64,000 nt of DNA from Phaeosaccion multiseriatum (Eukaryota > Protista > Ochrophyta, other classes): positions 3,782,001 to 3,846,000 of the forward strand of contig OZ218956.1 in the NCBI GenBank assembly GCA_965112735.1. The letters are read 5' to 3'. Position 1 is the stretch's first letter; the number at the start of each line of letters is the position of its first letter. The notes beneath the pieces were generated by a model. That model did no database searches. It was given only the letters and a program-made list of their open reading frames with translations, and was not told the origin of the DNA. This document shows, piece by piece, positions 1-12,432 of the stretch. The position numbers and the translations under genes were made by a program.

Positions 1-327
1 CGGGCGAGCTCGGCAGGAGGGGCGAGGAGCAGGCCGCAGCCGCAGCAGCACAGGAGCAGCTACACGGCCGGGGCAGGAGGGGGAGGAGGGCGGAGACACA
101 GCGCGAGCAGGGCGATACCGCCTCACTACGTCACGCTGGGCCTCACGCAGTCTGCCACGCACACCGAGGTCAAGAAGAACTACCGCAAACTGGCACTCCA
201 ATACCACCCCGACAAGAACAAGGACGTGGGTGCCTCGGAAAAGTTCAAAGGCATCTCGGAGGCCTACGGAGTGCTCAGCGACGCCAAGGCTAGGGCCGAT
301 TACGATAGGGTCCAGCGGTACCTTTGA
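1..327 (+). CDS. 3' end of a protein with a C-terminal DnaJ (J) domain; 5' part lies outside the window
   Basis: Frame 1 reads ...[69 protein letters not shown] with the HPD motif. Stop TGA at 325-327. Not in the supplied ORF track. Confidence 0.92.
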   Translation, partial: RASSAGGARSRPQPQQHRSSYTAGAGGGGGRRHSASRAIPPHYVTLGLTQSATHTEVKKNYRKLALQYHPDKNKDVGASEKFKGISEAYGVLSDAKARADYDRVQRYL

Positions 328-739
328 CCTCTAGCAGGGCTCGCATGACCTCTCTCTAGGGGTACTTGCTGGGCCCGCTTAGGTGAGGTGGTTGGTTGGC
401 AGCACAGCAGTCGTTCTTCTCGGGTGGGAGGTTACGGCAGGCAGGCAGAGTGGCAGGCCAACAGCAGCCCCAAGGCGCAGCCACAGGGCTCGATATATAT
501 ATACACATGCTTCTCACTCACACTGGAGCTAAGTGTGCATTAAATATTTTGAATTTGAATGTGTCCTTACCACCCCTTTTGTCACCCCCCAAGACTATGG
601 TACTCCTAAACAAATACCGCAAGCATCATCATCACATGACTCGTAAGACTGAGTAAGTACCTTCCCTTCCCTTCCCTTCCCTTCCACACTCTCCACCGAC
701 AAGACCCCAAGTAACTGACTGAAATGAGGTCCCATTAAC

Positions 740-3700
740 TTACTGAATGAGGTCCCGCACATTGTGCACGATCCTCCACATGCCCCTTGCCCTTCCTGGG
801 CTGTTGGCCCCCGCCGAGTGCAGCGCCCCCTTGAGCTCTGACTCGCTCAAGCCGCTACCCTCTGCCTCCACCTCAGGGGCGCAGAGCACCACTCCGTAGG
901 CCATCGACAGAGGGAAGACAAGCCGCAGCGTCGGAGACAGCCGCACAGCAAGCTTGGCCTCGCCCCCCCCCTCTCCCTGCCCATCTCCGTGCGGCAGCTG
1001 CAACTCCAACGCCAGCGAGTGGCTGTCTGCGATGTCCTCGAGAGAAGCAACGTCGTAAACGAGGTCCCTCGCCTTACCCACGAGCCACCCTGCCGCCTGC
1101 ACCTCCCCAGGGATGTCCGTGGGGGCACGAGTCCGAGATCGACCCTCCTGTCCTTGACCGCTCAGCCCGCTCTGCTGCGCCCCCCCGAGGGCGGAGGCGG
1201 TGACTCCCCCGATGGGCGAGAAGAGGCCCACCTTCTCGCCGAAGAGCAGCGCAGAAAGCTGCGAGGACACCTTCCCCAAAGGGGCCGCCGCCGCCCCTCC
1301 GTTGGCCCCGCCGCTGCTGCTGGAGAAGAAAGAGGAGCTCGCTCCGCCAGCGCCCGCCGTGGGAGCCGCCTTGATCAATCGCGTGTGCCTCGTCACCGTC
1401 ACGCTCGTGTCTGCGCGTCCGCCTCCTCCCCCGTCGGGAGCAACCCCTTGGCCGTCGCCGTCGTCAGTCATCTGAAAGAGCAGCTCCCACACCCTTGTCG
1501 CCGTGTGAGGCATGGGAAAACACACGCCCACCTGGTCCGAGCAGAGCTTAATGGGTGCACCCCACCCATGGAGTCCGATGAGCGCCTCCATGCGTGCCTT
1601 GGCCTCCCACGCCTCCGTCTCGGCCTCCTGCCTGCTCGTCACGGCCTTGGCCAGAGAGTGCCGCAGAGCCTTCTTGGCATCTCGGGCCTTCTTCCTCTCC
1701 ACAAGCTGGGCACGCGCCTCCTCTGCCTCGACGCGCCTTGCCTCTGAGCGCCTGAGATCCTCCTCCAGCTTCCGCACCTCCTCGTCCAACTGCTTTTGCT
1801 CCCTGTCCTCGGCTTCCTCCTCCTCCTTTGCCTTCCGCCTCGCCAGCTCCCTGTTGAGTGCCTTCTCCGCCCTCGCAAGTTCCCCTTCTATTCCTTCAAG
1901 CTCCTCCTCTGCGGTGTCCAACTCCTTCAGTTCCTGCTCCATCTCTTCCTGCAGGTCCGCTAGCGCGTCCTTCAGCCTTTTGAGCGCATTGAGCTCGGTG
2001 CGGCTCCACTCCTTGTCCACCGCGGCGGCAATCGCGATGCCCATGCGTTGCACCTGCTCCACAACATCCTCGTCCCTGCCGCGGGAGGCCCTCTGCAGGT
2101 CCAGCAGGATGGGCACCTCAGCGGCACCGTGGGCCTTCATCTCATCGAACATCCCCTGCGCGTCAAAGTTGGCGTTCTCCTGCAGCTGTACCAGCAGCGC
2201 CTCCAGCATTAGCAGCTCCAGCTGCCCAAGGGGGCCGTTCTCAAAGTCCATGCCATCCACATCCTCCTCCACCACAGCCCCAGCGGCGGCTGCTGTATCA
2301 CCAACTGCTGCAGAAGCGCTGATGCCCACAAGGCGGTTACAGTGGCTCACCAACGTGCTCTTGGAGCGCGCCAGGCTGAGCACCTCGTCCAGCCTCAACG
2401 TCAGTTCCTCCTCCTCTTCCTCCTCTTCCTCCTCCTCCCCCTCTTCCCTGGCTGACGGCACGGCGGAGTCTGCGCCAACCTTCCTTAGCTTGGTGACCGG
2501 AGAGCCTTCCTCCTCTTGTCCCTGCTGGACAGCAGCGGTGGTGGCAGCGGTCTCCCTACGGGACTGTGCGCTTGCTGGCAGAGACCTTCGACCCCTCCCT
2601 TCCCTCCTTGCAGACTCGGATTCCGTCGAGCCTGCCCCCTCGGGGACGGAGCCGCCGGTAGAGGCACGACCCCGGCCACGCTTCCTGCTGCTCCCTGCGG
2701 CGGCTGCTGCTGCTGCCGCTGCTTCCTGCTGTTGCTGTTTGTGCTTCTTCCTGCTCGCGAGGACCGTGGTGACAGGCAGATTCTCGTCCTCGAGTAGACT
2801 GTCGTCCATCTCCATTGCATACCCTCCCCCCTCCTCCTCCTCCTCCTCCTCGTCTCCGCCCACCTCGCTCATGACTACGGAGTCGTTGGCGCTGGTGTCC
2901 GTGGCCCCTCCTGCTCCGTCCTGCCCCAGCTCCTCCTCTGCAACAGATATGTCCATTTCGCTCGACGCGGATGACGTAGACAGTCTCCCGCTCTTCGTCC
3001 CTCTCGAGCCGGCCGAGTGTGGTGGCTGCTGTTGCTGCTGCTGTTGCTGCTGCTGTTGCTGCTGCTGCTTCTGCTGCTGCTGTTGCCGTCGCGCAGAGCT
3101 CCTCCGGCCCTGTGTGCCCCCTCCCCCTGCAGAGTCCCCGAGGCTGCTCATCATAGCCAGGAGGTCTCCCTCGAGCTCCACGGTCTCGTCCTCTCTGTCG
3201 TTGTTACCCACTGAGGAGGAGGAGCGCCTGCCGCGAGTTGTTGACGAGCGTCTGCTGCTGCCACTGCTGCTGCGTCGGCTGCTGGCGATGCTAGCGCTCC
3301 TCCGGCCCCCGCCTGCCCCTACACTGCCGCTGGTGTCCGCCTCGCTCTCCGACCGCTCTGTTCCCTCTTCCACGGTGGACAGGCTGAGGTCTTCCGCCAC
3401 GAAGGACAGATTCGTTCTCAGCTCGCTCTCCGGGTTGTCGCTGTCGGGGAGGGCAGCGGCTGCGGTGTTGGCCGCTAAGGCCGTCAAAGAGGGCTCGAGC
3501 TCCATTGTGTGTTCCGTCTCCTCCGCCTCCTCCGTCTCTGTAGACACAGACATGTCGTTGTCACTGCTGCTGTCGGCGCTCATCTTCCGACGGCTCCGCT
3601 TTCGCCCACCAACGCTTTTGCCATCGCTCCTTGGAGATGCCCCTCTTGGGCTCGCCGCTCCCTCTGCAGCAGCAGCAGCAGCCGGAGTAGAGCCAGCGCT

Positions 3701-6700
3701 GCTGCTGCCTCTCTTGGGACTGCTCCCGCCCCTCTTGCCCTTGCCCTTGCCCGACCCTTTCCCGCCCTTGCCTCTTGCCGGAGAGGGGGAGGCCTCTCCT
3801 CTCCTCTCCTCGGCAGCAGCAGCGACCCCACTTCCACCCATGGCCATTCCCCTCACGTCCAGTACTTCCGCAGAGTCTTGCTCGTCTGCGCTGCCCTCCT
3901 CGCTGCCACCCGCTCGTCCCCCGTCCTCCTCCTCCTCCTCCTCCTCGTCATCGTCGTCCTCCGCGGTATCGTCTGCCTCCTCGCTCCTGCCCCCCACCGT
4001 GCTCATCATACTCATGCCTCGCTGCCCGGCCGTCAACGAGGGGGGGGGGGTGCGCATCAGCATGCTGTCGCTCCTGCCCTTGTCCTTGCGAGGGCTGGGG
4101 CTGCGCCTCTTGGCCAGCAAGTCCTCATCAGCCTTCTGCTTGGCCGCCTTTTGTTCGTCAAGCTCCGACCACTGCCCGAGCACTGCAGAGTTGGCAGCGG
4201 TATTCTCATCGTCATCGTCGTCCCCTTCCTCCTCTGTATCCTCCCCGTCCTCCCCCTCTTGCCCCTGAAAGCCCTTGAACTTGGCCTTGGCTTCCCCGGT
4301 GGGCATGGGCGTGAGCACGTTGGACGGTTCCCCCTTGTCGAACGTGGCCCCCTGTGGACTCCCAAAGGCCACGCTCTTGCGAGCTGCCGTCGGAGAGGGA
4401 GACACCGCCATCTGTGAGCTGGTGCTTGGAGAGGGAGACGGAGGGGGCTGATCGTCCCCTTCATCCTCTGCGTCTGCGCTGCTCCGCCTCCTCCTGTCCC
4501 TCCTCCTCGATCCCTGCTGCGGCATCTCCCCCCCCTCCTCACCGTCGCTGGCGGCGGGCGTGCGCGGCTCTCGTCGCGCCGCTGCGGCCGCTTCGGGTGT
4601 CTTGTGGTCCATCCTCTTCCTCTTCTTGCTCGTGGAGAGAATGCCCTTGAGAGGAACGGCCGGCTGTGCCTGGGCCGGCGTTGACGCAGCACTAGAGGCA
4701 GGAGAAGACTTGGCTCCGCCTCCTCCTGCTTTCCGCCCCCTGCCCTTCTTGGCGCTCGAGGCGGGGGGCGTCATCTCCCCCTCCGCCGCACTACCAATGG
4801 CTGCAGCAGCGTCGTCGCCAGTCGGCGTGGACGGTCCAGAGGAGACGGAGGAGGCGGTGGGGCTGTCGCCCTCGTAGATCTCCGCAATGAGTCCCCCGAA
4901 AGTGCCCGGCGAGATTGTGTCTCGAGGCCCCCCTCTCGTCCTGCCCGATCTTGTCCTGCCCGCGGAGGAAGGCGAGATGGGCGTGAGGGGGAGCGAGGCG
5001 GCAGAGCTCGTCTCCGTCTCCGTCTCTGTCTCTGTCTCTGTCCGGCCTTTGCCGCTCTTGCGGGCTGAATCGGAAGTGAGGCGAGGCGATTTGTTGGGGG
5101 TGCCGTCTTTGCGCGGCCGCCCGGGCCCCCTCTTCTTGGCCTTGGAGGGTCGGCCCCTTGCAGATCGGGCCGGGGATGGCGCAGGCTGTGCTGCTGCTGC
5201 TGCTGCTGCTGCTGCCTCTTGGGCGGCCTTTGCTTGTGCCGCTGCTGCTCGTTCTGCTGCCTCTGCTTCTGCTTGCGCTGCTGCTGCCCTCTCTTCTGCT
5301 GCCGCGTCTGCTTCCGCCATTTGGGCTGCTGCTCGTTCTGCGGCTTCTTCTGTGGCTTCTTCCTCTGCCGCTCTCTTTGCTGCTGCCTCCTCTTCTGCTA
5401 CTGCCCCCCCCCCCTCTGCTTGCGCAAAGGAAGCACCTTGAGCCAAAAGGGCGGTCGTGGCCTCCTCCTCCTCCTCCCTCCGGATGGCGGCAAGCGTTTC
5501 CTGCACAAGGCCCGGGTCTGCAGTGGTCCTCCTCTCGGCGGCTGCCACTTCGTCCCCTCCCTCCCCCTGCTCCGTCGCTTTGGCCCGACTCCGCTTCTTG
5601 GTGGCGGAAGGAGGAGGCGTATCTGCCCATGCCCCTGCCCCTGCCCCTGCTACCTGCTCATCGTCGCTGTCCTTGTCAATCTCGGCCAGCAAGTCATCTA
5701 CATTGGTCCTCTCTGCCGTACGCCGTCGCTCGTCCACCTTGTCCGGACTGACCTCCACGCTGTTGTTCAGATCGGCGGCCATCGCTACAGACTCGCGCCT
5801 TTGCTCGCTGCCCCCCCCCCCCTCCTTCTCCTCCTCCTCATCGTCGAGCGCACCTAACAAAGCCTGTACATTTTCTGCCGCCGCCGTGTGCCTGCGATCA
5901 TCGTCCTCCCTCCGCGTGCTGTCTTCCGTGCTATCATTCAAATTACTCGCCATCACCACCGCCCCCTCCCCCTCCTCCTCCTCCTCCTCCGCGGCCCGGA
6001 GAGCCTCTCGCATCTCCATCACCGCACGCATGTCGGCCGTTTCTCGCCGCCCGCTGTCCGAGCCGTCCCCGCTCAGGCTTTCCTCCACGCCGCTGCTGCT
6101 GCCGTTCAACGCAGACTGCATCACCCCCCCGCCCTCCTCCTCCTCCTCCTCCGCACCTCTCGCCTTCCGCCCCTCCTTCTCTTTCTTCCTCTGGTCTTTG
6201 GCCTCCTTCTCCTCGCGTATCTCGACCATCTTGGCACTCTGGCGGCGCTGGGAAGGAGCTCTCACACCGAAGGCTGGGGATGAAGTCTGAGCCACCGCCT
6301 CCGCTCTTGGCCTGGGCGATGTGCTCTTCCTTCCGCGCTTCTTGGAGGGGGGGGGCGCCTCTTCATCTTCCTGCCCTCCCCCCTCCCCCCCTTCCTCCTC
6401 CTCCGGCTCGTCATCCTCGTCGTCGTCATCGAGTATGCCCCTTCGCAGCGCCTGCAGCAGCTCTGGGTCTGCCGTCTCCCTGTTCTGCGCGGGGGTGTTC
6501 TCCTCGTCATCCTGCCCCTCTTGCTGCAGATGCTGACGAAAGCCCTCCATCGACGCCTTCCCTGCCGTTCCCTTGCCCTTGGCCCGCCCCCTCTTCCGCG
6601 CGCCCTTCCTCGCAGGGGAGGGAGACTCGGCAGTGCTGTTGTTGAGGGTGTCGTTCATCACCACGCCTTCTTCTTCTTCTTCCTCCTCCTCCTCCTCCCC

Positions 6701-9700
6701 CCCCCCTTCCTTCTCCTCAGCTTTCTTGCTGTGGAAGTGACTCCGGCACATTCCGTCGAAGCCATACTGCTTGTGCTTAGCGCAATCAAGCACTGAGCAA
6801 AGCTTCCGGCTCCTCACCTCCTCTACCACTACCACCCTGTCCTGCTGGGGCTCCTCCTCCTCCTCCTCCTTCTCCTCCTCCTCCTTCTCAGGCTCCATTT
6901 CGTCCGTCTTCTCCTTCTGAGCGCTGTTGCTCTTCGCATTCGCTCTTCTGCTCCGAGGACTTGGTGTTCTACTCTCGGGACTTTTGCGGCTTGGGCGGGG
7001 CTCCTCCTCAGCCTCCCCTTCGTCACTGTTCTTCTCCTTCTGGGCGCTTAGGCTTCTGAAGTGACCCTTGCACATCCCGTCGAAGCCTGCCTGCTTGTAC
7101 TTGTAGCACCCCGCCAAAGAACATAACTTCTTGCTCGCCCGAGAACTCAAGTTGCTATCCACTTCCTTCTCCGTTTCCTCCTGCTGCTCCTCTTCCTCCT
7201 CCTCTTCCTCCTCCTTCTCCTCCACCTCCTCTTCATCCTTCTCCTCCTGTGAGGCGTTGAAGTGACGATGGCACATTCCGTCCAAGCCGGAACGCTTCAT
7301 CTTGGTGCACCCCTCCACGACACACAAAGCCTTCGCTTTCGGGGGAGGAGAAGCCGCTCCTGTGCTCCTTCTCCTCTTGCTGCTGCTGCTGCGGCTGCTG
7401 CTGCGTCTCCCTTTCTTGGGAGTGGTCTTGGAGGGGGTGCCCCTCTTGGGGGCACTCTTGTTGGGGGTTCCTTTGTTGGGTGTCCGATCCTGGCGCTTCT
7501 TGGTAGTTGAAGCTGCAGAGAGATACATGGAGACAGATACACACACGCACACACACAGAGAGAGAGAGCCAACCGAGAAGCGTGCAATGGGCGAAGCAAA
7601 GACGTTAGGGGGGCGAGCATGAAGCAATAAGCGCAAGGAACTAAGCACAAAGTAAGCAGAAGTGATGCTCTTCAGAGCTCGTCAGGGCTCGCTCCCTTTC
7701 TACTGCAGCCCTGCCGCACTTGCCCCAGACTTCTGCTATTGGAGACGATAGAGCGGAGTTCATGTGTGAGATTTCTCCCTCTCTCTCTCAAGGCTCAGGC
7801 TCGGACTAGGCCCCTGGTTATGCCCCTCGTAAGCACGGGTCAGAGTTACGCACCATCTTCCGAAGACACCGTCGCTGCGCTTGGCTCCTGCTCCTCCTCC
7901 TCCTCCTCGTCCTCGTCCTCCCCAGCGTTCTTGCTGTGGAAGTGACTCCGGCACATCCCGTCGAAGCCGTGTTGCTTGTACTTCTCACACCCATGCACTG
8001 AGCAAAGCTTGTGGTATTTCACTTCCACCACCGCCACCTCCTCCTCCGCCTCTTCCTCCTCATCCTCCAAGTCCACCACCTCCACCTCGTCCTGCTCCCC
8101 TCCCTTCTCCTCCTGCCTGTCTTTGGAGGAGCGCCGTCCCCCCCGGGGCTTCTCTGACGCAATGTTCTCGAGCCCCCTCCCTGTGAAACTGCGGCTCCTC
8201 ACGCTCCTCCTCGAGAGCGAAGAGAGCGAAGTGGACGGAGAGAGTAGGGCGGCCGCGCCACGAGCCCCACGGGCGGCTCTGACTCTTGGAGTGGTGGGGG
8301 GAGTCGGAGTCGCCGCCGGAGAGGCCTCCACAGCAGGAACTGAAACTGGAACTGACACTGTGGAGGGGGGTGCAGGTGGGTCCGCCACTGCGCCGGCGTC
8401 TTCGGCATCTGCAGCAGCGCTGTCCTCCTTCTGCTGCGTCTCCTCCTCCTCCTCCTCCTCCTCCTCTTGCTCCTGCTGCGTCGCCTCCTTCTCCTCCTGC
8501 TGCTGCGGCTGCTCCTCCTGCGGCTGCTGCTCCTCTTCCTCCTCATCAGCAGTAGCTGTCGCGACAGTAGCGGCAGCGGTTGGGGCTTGCTGACTCAGCT
8601 CATGACCCTCATTGGCCTCCTCTTCCCTCAGCCCCTGGAGGACACTCTGGAGTGCCTGTGGGTCTGCAGTCTCTCTGGCCCCGCTCCCCCCGCCCTGCTG
8701 TACGATCAACTGCTCGCTGGTGCCGCTCTCCGAGCTAACGTTGAGAAGAGCATCCAGTGCGGCACGCCCCAAGCCCGAGCTGTCGCCTGAAACGTCGGCC
8801 GAGGGGGAAGCGGCAGCGGGAGCGGCAGCTGAAGCAGCAGATGCAGCCGTTGGTGATACAGAAGTAGCAGCTACTGATACTACAGTCTGCCCTGTGCTCT
8901 GTGGCGGAGACGGCTGCTGCGTCTCGTCAGCCCCTACCCCCCTCACCCCCCCCCCCACCCCCTCCTCCTCCTCCTCCTCCTCCAGGGGGGGTGGCGGGGG
9001 TGGTGCTTCAGACTCGTCATCTGTACTGTCGGACGCAGACCCAAAGGGCCCCGGCTGCGGTTGCGGAGCAGCCGCTGCTTTATCACCAACGGCTACGATA
9101 CCCTCCGCCTCCTCCTCGCCTCCGTCTTCTGACTCAGAATAGGGGGGGAGTTCATCCAGAGGTGCCGTTGCTGCTGCTGCTGCTGTATCGCCAACTGCTG
9201 TTGCCGCTGCAGGAGCTGGCTCCTCTTGCTCTTCCTCATCCTCCGACTCTGAAGGCGAAGGGAGCAAGGGATCCTCCAGGGGAGCTGAAGGCGCCGAGGC
9301 CGCCCCCTCCCCTCCTTGGAGCCTTTGCATCCGCTCCATGAAGCTTCCGTCGTTGTAAATTGGCCCCCCAGCAATGCTCGGCACCATGGGCACCACTGGC
9401 ACGTGCGGCTGCTGGCTTTGGAGTACATTCTGGATGAAAGTGCCGTCCAAGGGGGTGGCACCAACGCCAGAAAGCCCCGCACCTCCAGCGGTTCCCTCCC
9501 ATCCCTGGACCTTGGCTTTGGCGCTGCTCCTTGCAGACTTGCTGCTGCTGCTGCTGCTGCCGCCGCCTAACCTTTTGGAGGACCTACTGCCACCAGATCT
9601 GCCCCTACTGGTCGGAGTCTTGGCCTTGGTGGTGAGGCGGAAGTCGTTAAGCGTCTCCTGATCCAGGTCCGCCCCCTCTTCCGCTGCTGCTGCTGCCGTT

Positions 9701-10031
9701 GCTTGGGGCACAGGTTGGAGCCTAGCTTCAGGTGGAGCGACGGCGGCGTCAGTGGCGCTCCCTCCGCGGGGGGTGCTAAGGCCGACCTTGCGACTCAGAG
9801 CGGCCGCCGCTGCTAAGGCTTTCTGTTGTGCTGCCAGTGCCTCCACCTCGCTGCTGCCCGCCCCTGCCGCCCCTGCTGCCCCTGCCGTACCATCAACTGC
9901 CCCTGTTGCCCCTGCCTCAGCGGAGGCCGCGAGGGGAGGGTAGCGGACGGGCGACTTGCTTCGCCGTGGGCTGCGACGCAGGGGAGAGGGGGCCATCGCC
10001 GCTGACGCTGACTCTCCTCCTCCCACTGCTG

Positions 10032-10074
<43 letters not shown>

Positions 10075-11331
10075 GGCGGCGGCGGCGGCGTCACCTGTGG
10101 TGGAGTCTCCTCCTTCTGATGCAGAGCGAGCCTCAGCCTCCGCCTCCACCCGCCCCTCCGCCCGCCCCCTGCTCCCCCTACCCGTGACCACTGGCGTCGC
10201 AGGAATGTCCTCCCACGTTTCAGCCGTCGGCTTGCCCACGTGATATGGCGACTTGGCAGTGGCGGTGGCAGTAGTAGTTGGTGATACGCCAGGGCCGGAC
10301 CCCTCCCCACCACCCTCGCTGCCGCGGCCATTGCGGCGTGCGTTGCCTCCGCGGCGAGGGCTGCCACTGCTGCTCCTGCCCTTGCTCCTGCTCTTGCTCC
10401 TGCTCTGACTGCTCCTGCTGCTACCGCTGCTGCCGCTGCTGCTTCTCCCCCTGCGCCTGCTGCTGCTGCTGCTGCTTCCGCTTCTGCTTCTGCTTCTGCT
10501 ACCACTGCTGCTCCTTGCCCTTCCGTTGCTTCGCTGCTGCCGCTGTGGCTGGCGACCTCTGCCCCGCTCATGCTCGTCATTCAGCCCGTCGAGCACGTCA
10601 GCACTAGCCTTGCGGCCGTAGCTGCCACTTTCCCTCCTTCTCCTCGGAGGGGAGTGGGAGGCGGAACGCCGCCGAGAGAAGCGGCCGCTGTCCCTTGAAG
10701 ACTCATTCCGTTCGTCCCACGCCTCCCAGTCGTCCCTCGTACTCCGGTCAAGATCCAGAGGCGACCTGGGAACATGCTGCTGTTGCTGCTGGTGGTGGTG
10801 GTGCCGGTTCTGCTGGTGCCAGTGGTTCCGGTACTGCTGCTTATTGTAGTGTCCAGAGTTCCGGCCGTCTCCCCTGCCTCTGCCCCCCCTGCCCCCCCCC
10901 CCCCTTCTGTCCCCCCCTCTCTCCCCTCGCCCTCCTCTATCCTCCCTCGCCTCTCGCCCCCCCCTTCTCTTGTCCTCCAAAGCCTCAGAGATACTGCTGT
11001 GGCGCCACTCCCTGCTGTTGCTCCTTGGGGGGTGCTGCCCCGAAGCTCTCCCGAGGACGGGATTGACCATGGTCTCCCAGGAAATGTCGCTCGCTGACGG
11101 CGCTTCCCCGTTCTCATTCCCCCAACCCTTCCTCGGCGACCGAGGGCGGTCGGAGCGCCGGTCGCTGTTGTAGTGGCCCCTGCCTCTCTCCCCTCTGTCT
11201 CTGCTGCCCCGACCTCCCCCCCCCCCTCGACCTCTGTCGTTTTTGTCTTCGCTGTCTCTGTCCCTGGCGCGGCTGCGGTCGGAGTCTCTAGGACGGCTCC
11301 TCTCCCCTCCGCCATACCCGGAAGGAGGCAT
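740..11331 (-). CDS. KNL1: Very large (~3,400 aa) low-complexity protein, KNL1/Spc105-like kinetochore scaffold; exons 11331-7854 and 7512-740; 5' end uncertain
   Basis: ORFs 7846..11475 and 740..7648 join in phase through a GTGCGT...CTGCAG intron (7853-7513) and share zinc-finger and RxTADP repeats. Contains a SILK-like KGILS (4634-4648), an RVxF-type RKSVAF (4361-4381), MELT-like motifs (TMELE, TVELE, EMDIS, MEMDD), a long coiled coil and a C-terminal globular region (IGLHGW...VWELLF) compatible with RWD domains. Orthology is inferred from motif order only. Confidence 0.6.
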
Positions 11332-11364
11332 ACCAGCAGTGAAATCTCTTTCACGAGCCCTTAG

Positions 11365-11408
<44 letters not shown>

Positions 11409-12432
11409 GATCGCCTCTAGTGCTGCCAGTCGCTGCACTCTGACAAGAGAAAAGGGATGGGCGAATGATAGGCACGACGCGTTAGTGCGAGGGAATTCGT
11501 TGCTCAGCTGAGTAAGCAGGTACTTGACGTCACGGCTCAAAGAAAGATGCGGAAAGGCTGAGTGGGACTGACCTGATCCGCTCGGCGGGCGAGAGGGGAC
11601 TGTCTCCGCCCCGCGCTCTCCCTTCTCCTCTTCGAGAGCAAGAACGGCCCCGCCGCTGCTGCTCCTTCCACTCCCCCCCCCTCCCCGTTCCTCCTCGATT
11701 CGCACTCTGCGGGAAGCACGTATGGGGTGCAAGGAAAGACAATGGGGCAGCGTTCACTGAGTACCGCGTTACGCCTCCTCTCCATGAAAGCTCAGTCAGT
11801 CAGTTCAAAAAACAAATCTACCTTTCCAACAACAACGCGCAACGCTCACCTCTACTGCCTCGCTGGCCTGCTGTTCACGACGCTTTCATCAGCAGCAAGA
11901 TGCGCACTCCGCCTTTCCTGGCCTGTCCTCTGTCTTTCACCCCCAAAACCTCGCAAATGCCAAACTGCCTCCTTGGCCTTCCTATCCGCCAGAGTCGCTG
12001 CTGCTGCTGCTGCTGCTGCCTCCTTTGCCGATCTGTCCTACGCTCGCTGTTCCCCGTAGCAGCACCATCACCCTCGATGTACCAGCCGAACACATCTTCC
12101 TCCCTTCTTTCCAACCCTCTCCCTCTCTCTCCTTTATTGGGTTGGCAAAAGTAGAGCTATGCCGCCCCGGGGGTGTACGTCCCTACTTTTGATGTCGAGG
12201 TATTGAAGCTTGTCCCAACCGTCCCTCCCCCCTTCCCCCCATATAATTAACCCTCCTTTCCTCCACTCATCCACCCCGCCCCCTTCCCTGGTAGATAGCT
12301 TCCTAGTCTCTCTGTAGTCCTCTTCCCAGTCGCTTTGACTAAGAATCGAGCGATTTTTGGCTGAAGAGGCTTCCGCTTGAAAAAGGAGATCACTTCTCGG
12401 ACTCTCCCCCCCACTTCTCTTCCAAAGGAGAC

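Noticed and set aside
1512-4268. 918-aa plus-strand ORF and many other overlapping or antisense ORFs
   Set aside because: Shadow frames of GC-rich, triplet-repeat-rich real genes; no domain signal.
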